Below, piece by piece: positions 47,925 to 61,864 of a stretch of 64,000 bases of DNA. The stretch's first letter is position 1. Each line of letters starts with the position of its first letter. This DNA comes from Gammaproteobacteria bacterium (GTDB lineage: Bacteria; Pseudomonadota; Gammaproteobacteria; GCA-001735895). Under the pieces are notes generated by a model. That model saw only the letters and a list, made by a program, of their open reading frames with translations. It searched no databases and was not told the origin of the DNA. The position numbers and the translations under genes were made by a program. The stretch spans positions 39,626-103,625 of the forward strand of contig JASJCI010000031.1 of NCBI GenBank assembly GCA_030066085.1, given 5' to 3'.

Positions 47925-49973
47925 TTACTGAATTCCGCTGTGGCGCAACAGTGCATCGATTTCGGGTTCCCGTCCGCGAAAGCAACGAAAGGAATCCATC
48001 GCGGGACGTGAGCCGCCCTTTTCGAGCACGCATTGCAGAAATCTACGGCCGGTGTCCGGATTGAATATTCCTTCTTCTTCGAACGCCGAAAAAGCATCGG
48101 CAGATAATACCTCGGCCCACTTGTAGCTATAATAACCCGCGGCATAACCCCCTGCAAAAATATGTGAAAAACCATTTTGAAAGCGGTTGATGCGGGGTGT
48201 CCTGACCACGCTGACCTCGTCGCGTACCGCGTCCAGGATGGACTGGATATCGTCGGCACTGGCAACATCGTCGCGCATGTGCAACTGCAGGTCGAACAGC
48301 GCGAACTCGATCTGGCGCAACATCTGCAATGCGCTCTGGAAGTTCTTCGCCGCCAGCATGCGCTGGTAAAGATCCTCCGGCAGGCGTTCACCGGTCTGGT
48401 AGTGCGTCGCGAACAGGTCCAGTGCCTCCCGCTCCCAGCAGTAGTTCTCCATGAACTGGCTGGGTAATTCGACCGCGTCCCATTCGACGCCGTTGATACC
48501 CGCCACTTCGGGCACGTCGATACGCGTCAGCATGTGATGCAGTCCATGGCCGAATTCATGGAACAGGGTGAGTACTTCATCGTGGGTAAACAATGCCGGT
48601 TCGTCACCGATCGGCGGCGTCAGGTTGCAGGTCAGGTAGGCAACCGGCAGCTGGGTCTTGCCGTCGATCCGGTAGCGATTGATGCACTCGTCCATCCATG
48701 CGCCGCCACGCTTGTGCTCGCGGGCATAAAGATCGAGGAAAAAATAACCCATGGCATTGCCTTCGACGTCGTCGATTCGATAGAAGCCGACCGCGGGGTC
48801 CCAGCGCTCGATACCGTCACCCGCTTCCGAGATCTGCACACCGTAGAGACGCTTCACCACTTCGAACAGGCCGGCAACCACCCGGGTATCGGAAAAATAG
48901 GGTTTGAGGTCTTCGTCGGTGATGCTGTAGCGCTGCTGTTTGAGTTTTTCGCTGTAGTAGGGGTAATCCCAGGCTTCGAGCTCGCCTTCGAAACCGAGTG
49001 ACTCGGCAAACGCCTGGCGTTCGGCAACCTCGTCCTGGGCTGCCTGGCGTGAACGCCTGGCAAGGTCGCGCAGAAATTCGACGACCTGCTCGACAGATTC
49101 GGCCATCTTGCTTGCGAGAGAATACTCGGCGTAGTTACCGAACCCGAGTAATTTGGCTTTTTCACGCCTTTTAACCACAATTTCCCGCATGATCGCCGCA
49201 TTATCCCATTTTTTATCGGTAACACCGGCATCCGATGCACGGCTCACGTAGGCCTCGTAGATGCGCTGGCGCAATGTTCTGTCGTCAGCATGGGTAATGA
49301 CGGCGAGATAACAGGGTATATCGAGCGTGATGCGATAACCCGGTAAACCCTTCTGCTCGGCCAGTTGCCGCAGCATGGCCCGCGCGTATTCGGGCAGACC
49401 GGCCAGTTCCCGTTCGTCCTCGACCAGGTATTGCCAGGCCTGGGTCGAATCGAGCAGGTTGTTTTCGAAACGGGACTGCAGTTCGGACAAGTCTTTTTGC
49501 AGCTGCTGGTAAGTTTCCCGATCGGCGCCTTCGAGATCCACGCCACCGAGGTGAAAGTGCAACAGCGCATCCTTGACGGTTTTTTGCCGGGCTTCATCGA
49601 GATGCTCGAAGTCGGCCGAGTCGGCAATCGTGCGATAGGCAGTATAGAGGTCGCGATTCTGGCTGATCTCGGTGCTCAGGTCGCTCAACAGCGGCAGGCA
49701 GCTATTATAGGCATCGCGCAGTTCGTCGCTGCTTTTGACCGAGTTCAGGTGGCGCACGGGAGACCAGGCGCGGTCTAGCCGGTCGCTAACCAGTTCGAGC
49801 GGTTTGATCAGGCTGTCCCAGTCCGACTTGCCCGCGGCGACCAGCGACGCGATCGTGGCCCTGTTCTCGGCGATCAGTGCACTGATCGCCGGCTGTACAT
49901 GTTCGGGAAGTATTTGCTCGAACGGCGGTAAATCGTTTTGTTCGAGCAAGGGATTGGTGTCGGTATCAGGCAT
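47925..49973 (-). CDS. prlC: oligopeptidase A (M3 family)
   Basis: 682 aa; HEFGHGLHH zinc motif. Confidence 0.9.
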   Translation of the reverse strand: MPDTDTNPLLEQNDLPPFEQILPEHVQPAISALIAENRATIASLVAAGKSDWDSLIKPLELVSDRLDRAWSPVRHLNSVKSSDELRDAYNSCLPLLSDLSTEISQNRDLYTAYRTIADSADFEHLDEARQKTVKDALLHFHLGGVDLEGADRETYQQLQKDLSELQSRFENNLLDSTQAWQYLVEDERELAGLPEYARAMLRQLAEQKGLPGYRITLDIPCYLAVITHADDRTLRQRIYEAYVSRASDAGVTDKKWDNAAIMREIVVKRREKAKLLGFGNYAEYSLASKMAESVEQVVEFLRDLARRSRQAAQDEVAERQAFAESLGFEGELEAWDYPYYSEKLKQQRYSITDEDLKPYFSDTRVVAGLFEVVKRLYGVQISEAGDGIERWDPAVGFYRIDDVEGNAMGYFFLDLYAREHKRGGAWMDECINRYRIDGKTQLPVAYLTCNLTPPIGDEPALFTHDEVLTLFHEFGHGLHHMLTRIDVPEVAGINGVEWDAVELPSQFMENYCWEREALDLFATHYQTGERLPEDLYQRMLAAKNFQSALQMLRQIEFALFDLQLHMRDDVASADDIQSILDAVRDEVSVVRTPRINRFQNGFSHIFAGGYAAGYYSYKWAEVLSADAFSAFEEEGIFNPDTGRRFLQCVLEKGGSRPAMDSFRCFRGREPEIDALLRHSGIQ

Positions 49974-50016
49974 GGCGTCGGGTCTTTGCAGGCTTACGGG
50001 CGCCCGGGTTAACGAT

Positions 50017-50946
50017 TTATATCCAGGGTCGAGCCGAATAGATGAGTATCAGCGCGGTGAAAATCAAGAATGCCGCGAGCACGGCGCCGTGAGACATCCA
50101 TTTCTTGCGCCGAACGAGGCTTTCCTCGGGAATGGCTGACAGGATAAACGGACTGTTCTTGTCCTCCGCGCTGGCCAGCACGTGTTGCGGTTTGGCCTCG
50201 TCATGAATCTCCCGCTGTACCTCGCGACGTGCCGCGGCATAGATGTTCTGCCATTCATCCTTGCGAATCGTGCCGTCGCCGTCGACATCGAACCTTCCCA
50301 GGTGCTTCTGTGGCTGGAGGCGCCAGTCGGCGACGCGTTGCTCGACTCGCTTGTCGATATATTCCTCGGCCGGATTACTGTACACGGTGCGGAACCATCC
50401 AAGCGCATAGATCTCTGTCGCCGGGCGTATCAGTAGTTCGCGGAAACGGTATTTATGATTACCGAACGACACGTGCACCGTTTTGGCGGGAGGACGGCTC
50501 TTGGCGTCGGTATCGTGCCCGTACCAGGTCTTGCGCGTTTCCGGCACGACATGCGCGAAGTCCGGATCGACCACGCATTCACCGGTTTCGTCGACTATGC
50601 GGAACAGGTGTTCGCTGCAAAGATCGAGGATATTGCTCCAGCTGGTTCTTTTACCGGAACGCTGCTGGCGATCGATGGTGCAGTGATACCAGACGCAACG
50701 GCTGTTGCTGAAAGGCGAGACGATGACATCGTTCGGCAGGAACTCGGCCAGGCCTTTCAGTTCGACGTAACCCTGGGCCGCTGAACGAATCCTCGAGGTT
50801 GCCGTGGCATCCATCGAACGATAGCGCTTGTAGGTACCGTAGGCGAACACCACCAGGGCCAATAAAACAAACAGGAGGACTCCATTGAGCGCAACGTAGT
50901 CCTGCGCCGACATCCCTCCGACCTGTTGCTCGAGCCAGGGAAACAC
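50017..50946 (-). CDS. membrane protein with GIDE-like domain and an EF-hand calcium-binding loop
   Basis: N- and C-terminal TM helices; canonical EF-hand loop DVDGDGTIRKDE; architecture resembles bacterial GIDE (PF12483) proteins that pair with LemA. Confidence 0.45.
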   Translation of the reverse strand: MFPWLEQQVGGMSAQDYVALNGVLLFVLLALVVFAYGTYKRYRSMDATATSRIRSAAQGYVELKGLAEFLPNDVIVSPFSNSRCVWYHCTIDRQQRSGKRTSWSNILDLCSEHLFRIVDETGECVVDPDFAHVVPETRKTWYGHDTDAKSRPPAKTVHVSFGNHKYRFRELLIRPATEIYALGWFRTVYSNPAEEYIDKRVEQRVADWRLQPQKHLGRFDVDGDGTIRKDEWQNIYAAARREVQREIHDEAKPQHVLASAEDKNSPFILSAIPEESLVRRKKWMSHGAVLAAFLIFTALILIYSARPWI

Positions 50947-50960
50947 CGCAATGCTTCGAA

Positions 50961-51536
50961 TCAGGTATTGAAGAGTTGCCTGACGTTGACGTCGGCAATT
51001 TCACCGGCAGAGAATTCCAGCAAATCGCGCGGCCCGAACCCGAGCAGGCGGGCTACGATGATATCGGGAAACTGCTCGATGCCGATGTTATTGATGTTGA
51101 CGGACTCGTTGTAAAACTCGCGGCGATCAGCAATGGTGTTCTCGAGCGTGCTGATTCGAGTCTGTAAATGCTGAAAATTTTCGTTAGCGCGCAATTCGGG
51201 ATAGTCCTCTGCCAGCGCAAACAGCTGGCCCAGTCCCATACGCAAGGCACCCTCGGCAATACCGAGTCCGGCAACGTCCTGGCTCTCGCGTGCCTGCGAC
51301 ACCTGTGCGCGTGCCTGCATGACTTTCTCGAGTGTTTCCTGTTCGAACTGCATGTACTGCTTGCAGGTCTCGACCAGCTTCGGTATTTCGTCGTGACGCT
51401 GTTTCAGCAGGACGTCGATATTCGACCATGCCTTGGAAACGTTGTGCTTTAGCCTGACGAGGTGGTTATAAATACTGACCGCGTAAATTGCGATGATGAC
51501 GATAGCTGCCCAGAAAATGATGCTGCCGATATCCAT
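50961..51536 (-). CDS. lemA: LemA-family membrane protein
   Basis: 191 aa; N-terminal TM plus conserved LemA core. Confidence 0.8.
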   Translation of the reverse strand: MDIGSIIFWAAIVIIAIYAVSIYNHLVRLKHNVSKAWSNIDVLLKQRHDEIPKLVETCKQYMQFEQETLEKVMQARAQVSQARESQDVAGLGIAEGALRMGLGQLFALAEDYPELRANENFQHLQTRISTLENTIADRREFYNESVNINNIGIEQFPDIIVARLLGFGPRDLLEFSAGEIADVNVRQLFNT

Positions 51537-51612
51537 CAGCCCGCTCTCCTTTATAATATTGAACTCTATATAGAGATATTTTCAATAAAATCAAGGATTT
51601 GCGTTTTTCTTG

Positions 51613-55096
<3,484 letters not shown>

Positions 55097-55113
55097 CGAA
55101 TCCCCGTACGGAA

Positions 55114-56214
55114 TTACAACCGCATCGGCATGACCACGTACAGGCTGGATTCGTCCTCGCTGTCGTTGATCACGCAACTGCTGTTGGCATCCTTGAGCTT
55201 GATCTTGACCTTGTCTGACTCGAGTACGTTGAGTACGTCGATCAGGTAGGTTACGTTGAAACCAATCTCCATGTCGGCCTCGTCGTAACTGACCGGAAGT
55301 TCCTCTTCCGCTTCTTCCTGGTCCGGATTGTTTGCCTGGATAGACAGGTTGCCCGGTGACAGTACCAGGCGAATACCGCGGTACTTTTCGTTCGACAAGA
55401 TCGAGATTCGACTCATGGACTGTTTCAGTACATCGCGCTCGACCTCGAGCATACGATTGCCGTCTAGCGGAATAACTCGCTGGTAATCGGGGAACTTGCC
55501 GTCAATCAGCTTGGTCGTGAACACGAGCGATCCCAACTCGACCCGCAGGTGATTCGGGCTCAGCACTATCCGCGCTTCCTCTTCGCTCCCGTCGAGTAAC
55601 CGCGACAGCTCGAGTACGGCTTTACGCGGAATGATCACCTGGCGCTCTTCACCAATGCCCGTATCCATGGCTACCTCGCTCATGGCGAGCCGATGACCAT
55701 CCGTAGCGACGAGCCGAAGGCAGTCGGATGAAATCTCCATCAAGATACCGTTCAGGTAGTAGCGCACGTCCTGCTGGGCCATCGCGAAACCGGTTTTTTC
55801 GAACAGGTTCTTGAACCTTTTCCGCGGTACGCCAAAACTGTGTTGGGCGTCAATCTCATCGAGGCCCGGGAAATCGCTGGCGGGCAGGGACGCGAGGGTA
55901 AAACGACTGCGGCCCGAAGTGAGCGATACCTTGTTGTCCGCGATCGCGAGATTGATACTCGCGCCTTCCGGAAGTGCCTTCGAGATATCGAGCAGCTTTC
56001 GCGCTGGAATAGTAGTATCGAAATCTTCCGCCGTATCCGCGGTTAATGCAGCAACCATTTCGATTTCAAGGTCCGTTGCGGTCAAACGTAAGTCACCACC
56101 CGTAGACTTCAGTAGGACATTGCCCAGTATCGGCAAGGTCTGCCGCCGTTCCACGGCTCCGATTACCTGTTGCAAGGGCGCAAGAAGATCTTCTCTTTTA
56201 ATAGTTGTCTTCAT
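55114..56214 (-). CDS. dnaN: DNA polymerase III beta sliding clamp
   Basis: 366 aa three-domain clamp. Confidence 0.9.
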   Translation of the reverse strand: MKTTIKREDLLAPLQQVIGAVERRQTLPILGNVLLKSTGGDLRLTATDLEIEMVAALTADTAEDFDTTIPARKLLDISKALPEGASINLAIADNKVSLTSGRSRFTLASLPASDFPGLDEIDAQHSFGVPRKRFKNLFEKTGFAMAQQDVRYYLNGILMEISSDCLRLVATDGHRLAMSEVAMDTGIGEERQVIIPRKAVLELSRLLDGSEEEARIVLSPNHLRVELGSLVFTTKLIDGKFPDYQRVIPLDGNRMLEVERDVLKQSMSRISILSNEKYRGIRLVLSPGNLSIQANNPDQEEAEEELPVSYDEADMEIGFNVTYLIDVLNVLESDKVKIKLKDANSSCVINDSEDESSLYVVMPMRL

Positions 56215-56340
56215 TTATCTATATAAGGTTACTGTTTTTAACAATGGCTTTAACACTGTATAACTAAAATAAGTCTTTTACTTTCAACGACTTATTTCCC
56301 AATAGCCGGCTAGAAAACTGTCCGAAACCGTTTTCCAACC

Positions 56341-56395
56341 TGTGGATAACAGCGGGATAAATATGTCTGCCTGAATTATCAAATGCTTATCCACA
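56341..56395. promoter_or_regulatory. pair of inverted consensus DnaA boxes (TGTGGATAA ... TTATCCACA) in dnaA-dnaN intergenic region
   Basis: exact 9-mers at 56341-56349 and 56387-56395. Confidence 0.6.
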
Positions 56396-56425
56396 GGTCG
56401 TCCAGCGAATGTTACGCTTTTCGCG

Positions 56426-57742
56426 TCAATTACTCAGCATCCGTGCGAGGATTTCGAAATCCTCGTCGATTCTGCGATCCTCCTGGCGTAACTCGTCTAC
56501 CTTGCGGCAGGCATGAAGCACCGTTGTATGGTCCCTGCCGCCGAAGGCACTGCCGATTTCGGGCAAACTGTGTCTCGTCAGTGCCTTGCACAGTGCCATG
56601 GCTATTTGCCGTGGCCGCGTGATCGAGCGATTTCGCCGGCTCGACAACAAATCGGCCACGCGGATCTTGAAGTATTCCGCGACCAGTTTCTGGATGTTAT
56701 CGATAGTGATTGGCTTGTCCTGTACCGCCAGCAGCTCCTTGAGTGCCTGGCGGGCAAAATCCTGTGTAATCGGTTCACCGGTAAACCGGGCATGTGCCAC
56801 CACTCGTTTCAAAGCGCCCTCCAGCTCCCTGATGTTGGACTTGAATCGCTCGGCGATAAAAAAAGCGACGTCATCCGGCACATCGGCGTCGGCCTGTTCG
56901 GCCTTGCTATTGAGAATGGCCACGCGGGTTTCGAGGTCGGGCGGTTTTATATCGACCGCGAGCCCCCAGCCAAGACGTGAGCGGATGCGGTCCTCGAGGC
57001 CTTCGATCTCCTTCGGAAAACGGTCGCAGGTGATCACCATTTGTGCATGGGCTTCGTACAGCGAGTTGAAAGTGTGGAAAAACTCTTCCTGCGAGCGGCT
57101 TTTGTCGGCCAGGAACTGGATATCATCGATCAGCAGTGCATCCAGGCTGCGGTAGGAATTCTTGAAATCGTTCATGCGGCTGTGCTGCAAGGCCTTGACC
57201 ATGTCGGACACGAAACGCTCGCAATTGACGTAGAGAATATTCGCCTCGGGATTGCTCTCCCTGATCTGGTTGCCAATGGCGTGCATCAGGTGGGTTTTGC
57301 CGAGACCTACGCCACCGTAAATGTACAGGGGGTTGTACTCCGAGCCTGGATTGTTGCCGACCTGGATCGATGCGGCTCGCGCCAGCTGGTTCGACTTACC
57401 CTCGACGAAGTTGCGAAAACGTTGCGCATCGTTCAGACCCGATGATCGATAGGCACGCGGTGGCGGGGCGTTGACCCCTGCTTCTTCAGGCTCCGGGCGG
57501 CTTTGCGATCCGATCGCGAGGCTTACCGAGATGGACTTGGTGTCGTCGAGGCTGGTGACCAGCTCGCGAATGCGGTCGAGGAAGTGCTTGCGCACCCAGT
57601 CCATGACGAACCGGTTCGGCGCCAGCAAGCGCAATGTGTTCATTTCCTGTTCCGCCTGCAGGGGCAGGATCCAGGTGTTCAACTGCTGTTCGCTTATTTC
57701 CCCCTCGAGGCAGGCCACGCACTGTTGCCAGATCGAATTCAA
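56426..57742 (-). CDS. dnaA: chromosomal replication initiator protein DnaA
   Basis: 438 aa; AAA+ ([10 protein letters not shown]), C-terminal DnaA-box-binding HTH. Confidence 0.95.
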   Translation of the reverse strand: MNSIWQQCVACLEGEISEQQLNTWILPLQAEQEMNTLRLLAPNRFVMDWVRKHFLDRIRELVTSLDDTKSISVSLAIGSQSRPEPEEAGVNAPPPRAYRSSGLNDAQRFRNFVEGKSNQLARAASIQVGNNPGSEYNPLYIYGGVGLGKTHLMHAIGNQIRESNPEANILYVNCERFVSDMVKALQHSRMNDFKNSYRSLDALLIDDIQFLADKSRSQEEFFHTFNSLYEAHAQMVITCDRFPKEIEGLEDRIRSRLGWGLAVDIKPPDLETRVAILNSKAEQADADVPDDVAFFIAERFKSNIRELEGALKRVVAHARFTGEPITQDFARQALKELLAVQDKPITIDNIQKLVAEYFKIRVADLLSSRRNRSITRPRQIAMALCKALTRHSLPEIGSAFGGRDHTTVLHACRKVDELRQEDRRIDEDFEILARMLSN

Positions 57743-58112
57743 ACCGGTTCACCATTCGTTGTGTCGAAAACGCCGTGTGGCGGCGCGAATCGAAGCCTGT
57801 TCCCGATCTCTACTCGTCGCGGAGAGCGGGAAAAAGACCCTGTTTTTAGAATTTTCGGCCGCAATTCCCGCCTTGGCGGGCCGATCCCGTTGCTCGACCG
57901 ACAGGCTGCAATATTATACTTATCCACAGCCCGAGCAAAGAGGCAAAATCAAAATTCGCAGTCGCTGCCAGGATATTCGCCGAACCTTACCCACGATACC
58001 TTTCGCGATTGATGCCGCAAAGCCAATATAAAGATTGACGTGGCGCGCCTTGGCAAGTAAATTGTCGCGCCTTTGCTGAATTCGACGAACCAGAAACGCC
58101 GAGACGTCAGAC
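57743..58112. other. candidate oriC / dnaA promoter region between rpmH and dnaA
   Basis: exact DnaA box TTATCCACA at 57920-57928, AT-rich stretches (AATATTATAC, AAAATCAAAATT), position between rpmH and dnaA as in Pseudomonas oriC. Confidence 0.45.
58035..58063 (+). promoter_or_regulatory. sigma70-type promoter of rpmH-rnpA
   Basis: TTGACG, then 17 nt, then TAAATT, about 50 nt upstream of the rpmH ATG. Confidence 0.45.
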
Positions 58113-58247
58113 ATGAAACGTACTTTTCAACCGAGTAATCTGAAGCGCGCCAGAACGCACGGCTTTCGCGCCCGCATGCGCACCCGTGGGGGTCGCAACG
58201 TAATCCGCGCCCGACGAGCTCGCGGCAGGGCGCGTCTCACCCCGTAA
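58113..58247 (+). CDS. rpmH: 50S ribosomal protein L34
   Basis: 44 aa [44 protein letters not shown]; absent from the ORF track because it is under 60 aa. Confidence 0.9.
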   Translation: MKRTFQPSNLKRARTHGFRARMRTRGGRNVIRARRARGRARLTP

Positions 58248-58248
58248 C

Positions 58249-58617
58249 GTGGCTGGCGGCGCCGGCGAATCGTTCTCCCGACGCCTGAGGTTAACCCGGG
58301 CGGACGAGTATCGGCAGGTTTTCAAAGACAATACCCGACGCAGCGACAGTTGCATGACCATACTGGTCGGTCGCTGCCTGGGTGAACGTCCCCGCCTCGG
58401 GTTTGCCATCGCGCGCAAACAAATACCGAAGGCCGTGCAGAGAAACGCACTCAAACGGCTTTTTCGCGAGAGCTTTCGCAGGAACCGTACAAGGTTGCCG
58501 TCGCGGGACATGGTAATTATGGTGAAGCGCGATATTCTGGCGCTCGACCGGGACCGAATAAGAGCCCGACTGGATCAACACTGGAACAGCATCATCGAGT
58601 CATGCGACAAATCCTGA
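58249..58617 (+). CDS. rnpA: ribonuclease P protein component
   Basis: RNR-like basic motif ([14 protein letters not shown]); rpmH-rnpA-yidD-yidC synteny. Confidence 0.85.
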   Translation: MAGGAGESFSRRLRLTRADEYRQVFKDNTRRSDSCMTILVGRCLGERPRLGFAIARKQIPKAVQRNALKRLFRESFRRNRTRLPSRDMVIMVKRDILALDRDRIRARLDQHWNSIIESCDKS

Positions 58618-58838
58618 TTGGCCTGATTCGCCTATACCGCTACCTGCTAAGCCCCCTGCTCGGCCCGAGCTGCCGTTATACGCCGACCTGCTCGGAATAC
58701 GCGCAGCAGGCGATAGCCCGGCATGGCGCCTTGCGCGGTAGCTGGCTGGCGCTGAAGCGACTCGGCAGTTGCCACCCATGGGGCTCCAGTGGCTACGACC
58801 CGGTTCCCGATACGCGGCAGGACCATCATCATGGATAA
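58602..58838 (+). CDS. yidD: membrane protein insertion efficiency factor YidD
   Basis: 78 aa; [27 protein letters not shown] signature. Confidence 0.85.
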   Translation: MRQILIGLIRLYRYLLSPLLGPSCRYTPTCSEYAQQAIARHGALRGSWLALKRLGSCHPWGSSGYDPVPDTRQDHHHG

Positions 58839-60495
58839 TACCCGGCTGTTCCTGTTTGCCGCGCTGGTTTTCGTAGGCATGCTGCTGTGGCAACAGTGGC
58901 AGATCGATTACGGCCCGCAAGCGGAGCCACCGGCACAAGTCAGCGCCGGCGATACATCATCGGGAGCCGAGTCTGGTGATCTGCCGATTACCGATGATCT
59001 GCCGGAGCTTTCCGACGAGGTAAGTACCGCGGGAACATCGACCGAGACCGGTCAGGCTGCGCTCCCACCAGCACGCCTGGTCCTTGTCGATACCGACGTG
59101 ATCGAAGCGCAAATCGATACTCGTGGCGGCGTCGTGCGCTCGCTGAAGCTGAAAAACTACCCGACCTCGCTCGAACAACCCGATGACTGGCTGGAGCTGG
59201 TGCATAGCGAAACCGATACGCTGCACGTACTGCAAAGCGGACTGCGCAACAAGGAAGAGCTGGCGCCTACTCACCACAGCATGTTCAGCGTCGCGCAAAC
59301 GGAGTTCCGCCTGGCCGAAGGCGAGGATGAACTCGTCGTGCCCATGACCTGGGAGAAGGACGGTATCCAGGTCAGCAAGGAATATCGATTTCGCCGCGGC
59401 GACTACCTTGTCGACGTCATTCACAGGGTCGCCAACAACAGTGATAACGAATGGCAGGGCAGCCAGTACCGCCAGATCACGCGTGCACGTCCACTCGAGA
59501 CATCGCGAATCCTCTACACCTACACCGGTGCGGTGTATTACAACGAAATCGACAAGTACGAGAAAATCGATTTCGACGACATGGAAGACAGCCAGCTGAA
59601 GTTCGAGGCCGACGGCGGGTGGATTGCGATGATCCAGCATTACTTCCTGTCTTCCTGGATCCCGGCGCAGGATGAGAGCAACCTGGTCTACAGTATTGCC
59701 AACACGCGCCGTCAGCCCGCCAGCTACACCATCGGCCTGCGCTCGCAGAACCGCGTCGTGCCCGCGGGGGGCAATACGGAATTCCTGAGCCAGCTGTTCG
59801 TCGGGCCCAAGCTGACGCAGCGACTGGAAGAGATTTCTCCCGGTCTCGAATTGACCGTTGACTATGGTGTGCTGACTTTTCTGTCGAAGCCGCTCTACTG
59901 GCTGCTTTCCTGGTATCACGGTTTTGTCGGCAACTGGGGTTTGGCGATTATTTTACTGGTGTTTACGGTCAAGGCAGTGTTCTACAAGCTGTCCGAGACC
60001 AGCTACCGCTCGATGGCAAAAATGCGCAAGGTCAGCCCGCGGCTGCAAACGTTAAAGGAACGTTACGGTGACGATCGCCAGCGCATGAACCAGGAAATGA
60101 TGAAGATGTACAAGGAGGAGAAGATCAATCCGCTCGGCGGCTGCCTGCCGATCCTGATCCAGATCCCCGTCTTTATTGCCCTCTACTGGGCCCTGCTCGA
60201 AAGCGTCGAGCTGCGCCAGGCGCCTTTCGTCCTCTGGATCGAAGACCTCTCGGTGATGGATCCCTACTTCGTACTGCCGATCCTGATGGGTATCAGCATG
60301 GTTATCCAGCAGCGTCTCAACCCGCCGCCGCCAGACCCGATCCAGGCCAAGATCATGATGGCGCTGCCGTTCGTGTTCACCGTGTTTTTCGCATTCTTCC
60401 CGGCCGGGCTGGTGTTGTACTGGGTCGTCAACAACGTGTTGTCGATAGCCCAGCAATGGGTCATCACCAAACGTATCGAGGCGGGCGGCAACTAG
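58831..60495 (+). CDS. yidC: membrane protein insertase YidC
   Basis: ATG 58831 ([14 protein letters not shown]...); large periplasmic domain, then conserved 5-TM core. Confidence 0.9.
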   Translation: MDNTRLFLFAALVFVGMLLWQQWQIDYGPQAEPPAQVSAGDTSSGAESGDLPITDDLPELSDEVSTAGTSTETGQAALPPARLVLVDTDVIEAQIDTRGGVVRSLKLKNYPTSLEQPDDWLELVHSETDTLHVLQSGLRNKEELAPTHHSMFSVAQTEFRLAEGEDELVVPMTWEKDGIQVSKEYRFRRGDYLVDVIHRVANNSDNEWQGSQYRQITRARPLETSRILYTYTGAVYYNEIDKYEKIDFDDMEDSQLKFEADGGWIAMIQHYFLSSWIPAQDESNLVYSIANTRRQPASYTIGLRSQNRVVPAGGNTEFLSQLFVGPKLTQRLEEISPGLELTVDYGVLTFLSKPLYWLLSWYHGFVGNWGLAIILLVFTVKAVFYKLSETSYRSMAKMRKVSPRLQTLKERYGDDRQRMNQEMMKMYKEEKINPLGGCLPILIQIPVFIALYWALLESVELRQAPFVLWIEDLSVMDPYFVLPILMGISMVIQQRLNPPPPDPIQAKIMMALPFVFTVFFAFFPAGLVLYWVVNNVLSIAQQWVITKRIEAGGN

Positions 60496-60529
60496 CCGCT
60501 TCCTCTTTTCGCATACCCCGGCTTGCCCG

Positions 60530-61864
60530 ATGTTCGCGGATGAAACCATCGCCGCGATAGCAACTCCCCCGGGTATCGGCGGTATCGGCGTTATCCGGGT
60601 ATCCGGTCCGGCGGCATACCAGGTCGGTACTTCGTTATGTCAAAAGGCAATCGACGCGGGTGCAATACAGTTTCGCCGATTTATCGCCGCCGACGGCGAT
60701 ACGCTCGACCATGGTCTTTGCCTGTACTTCAGGGGACCGCACAGTTTCACCGGCGAAGACTGTATCGAGATCCAGGCCCACGGCGGTCCCGTGGTGCTCG
60801 ACATGTTGCTCGAGCGCGTCTGTGAACTCGGTGCCCGACTCGCGCGCGCCGGCGAGTTTTCCGAGCGTGCATTCCTCAACGGTCGTATCGACCTGGCCCA
60901 GGCCGAGGCGATTGCCGACCTGATCGAATCCGGCAGCCGTGCGGCCAGCCGCGCCGCGATGCGCTCGCTGGAAGGACGTTTTTCCGAACGGGTACATGTA
61001 TTGGTCGATGAAGTAATCGACCTGCGGGCGTTTATAGAGGCTGCGCTCGATTTTGCCGAGGAGGAAATCGATTTTCTCGACAATCGACAAATAGGCGAGC
61101 GCCTCGATAACTGCCGCCAACATCTCGACGAGTTGCTGGCGATGTCTGAGCAGGGACGCACACTGCGGGAAGGTCTGAGCGTGTCGCTCGCCGGCCTGCC
61201 CAACGCGGGCAAGTCGAGCCTGCTCAATACCCTCGCGGGGTACGATGCCGCGATCGTGACCGATATCGAAGGCACTACTCGTGACGTACTGCGCGAGCAC
61301 ATGTCGTTGAAGGGCATCCCGGTCAGGATCAACGATACTGCCGGCCTGCGCGACGCGCAAAACCCGGTAGAAGCGGAAGGTATTCGGCGCGCCTGGGCAG
61401 AAATCGAAAGCGCGGATATCGTCGTTTACCTGGTTGATGCGCAGCGCGGAATCAGCAATGCCGATCGCGAGATCCTGCATAAATTACCCGCGGACCGAAC
61501 GCGTCTCGTGTATAACAAGGCAGATCTGCTCGAGGAGGATTCGGCCAGGAACCCGGATGCCATGTATATCTCGGCGCGCGACGGGGACGGCATCGAAGAA
61601 CTGATAGAAGCCATCACCGATCACAGTGTCGACTTCAACCAGGACCACCAGGTCTTTCTTGCGCGACGCCGGCACGTCGATGCCCTGCGGCTGGCGCGTG
61701 ATGCCGTGCTTGCCGCCGGCGCGAGTTTTGCCGAGGGGGCTGGCGGTGAACTCATGGCGGAGGACCTGCGGCAGGCGCAGCAGCAGCTGAACGAGATTAC
61801 CGGTGAATTCACCAGCGACGATCTACTCGGCAGGATCTTCGCCCGATTTTGCATCGGTAAATAA
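60530..61864 (+). CDS. mnmE: tRNA modification GTPase MnmE
   Basis: 444 aa; G-domain GLPNAGKSS, C-terminal CIGK. Confidence 0.9.
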   Translation: MFADETIAAIATPPGIGGIGVIRVSGPAAYQVGTSLCQKAIDAGAIQFRRFIAADGDTLDHGLCLYFRGPHSFTGEDCIEIQAHGGPVVLDMLLERVCELGARLARAGEFSERAFLNGRIDLAQAEAIADLIESGSRAASRAAMRSLEGRFSERVHVLVDEVIDLRAFIEAALDFAEEEIDFLDNRQIGERLDNCRQHLDELLAMSEQGRTLREGLSVSLAGLPNAGKSSLLNTLAGYDAAIVTDIEGTTRDVLREHMSLKGIPVRINDTAGLRDAQNPVEAEGIRRAWAEIESADIVVYLVDAQRGISNADREILHKLPADRTRLVYNKADLLEEDSARNPDAMYISARDGDGIEELIEAITDHSVDFNQDHQVFLARRRHVDALRLARDAVLAAGASFAEGAGGELMAEDLRQAQQQLNEITGEFTSDDLLGRIFARFCIGK

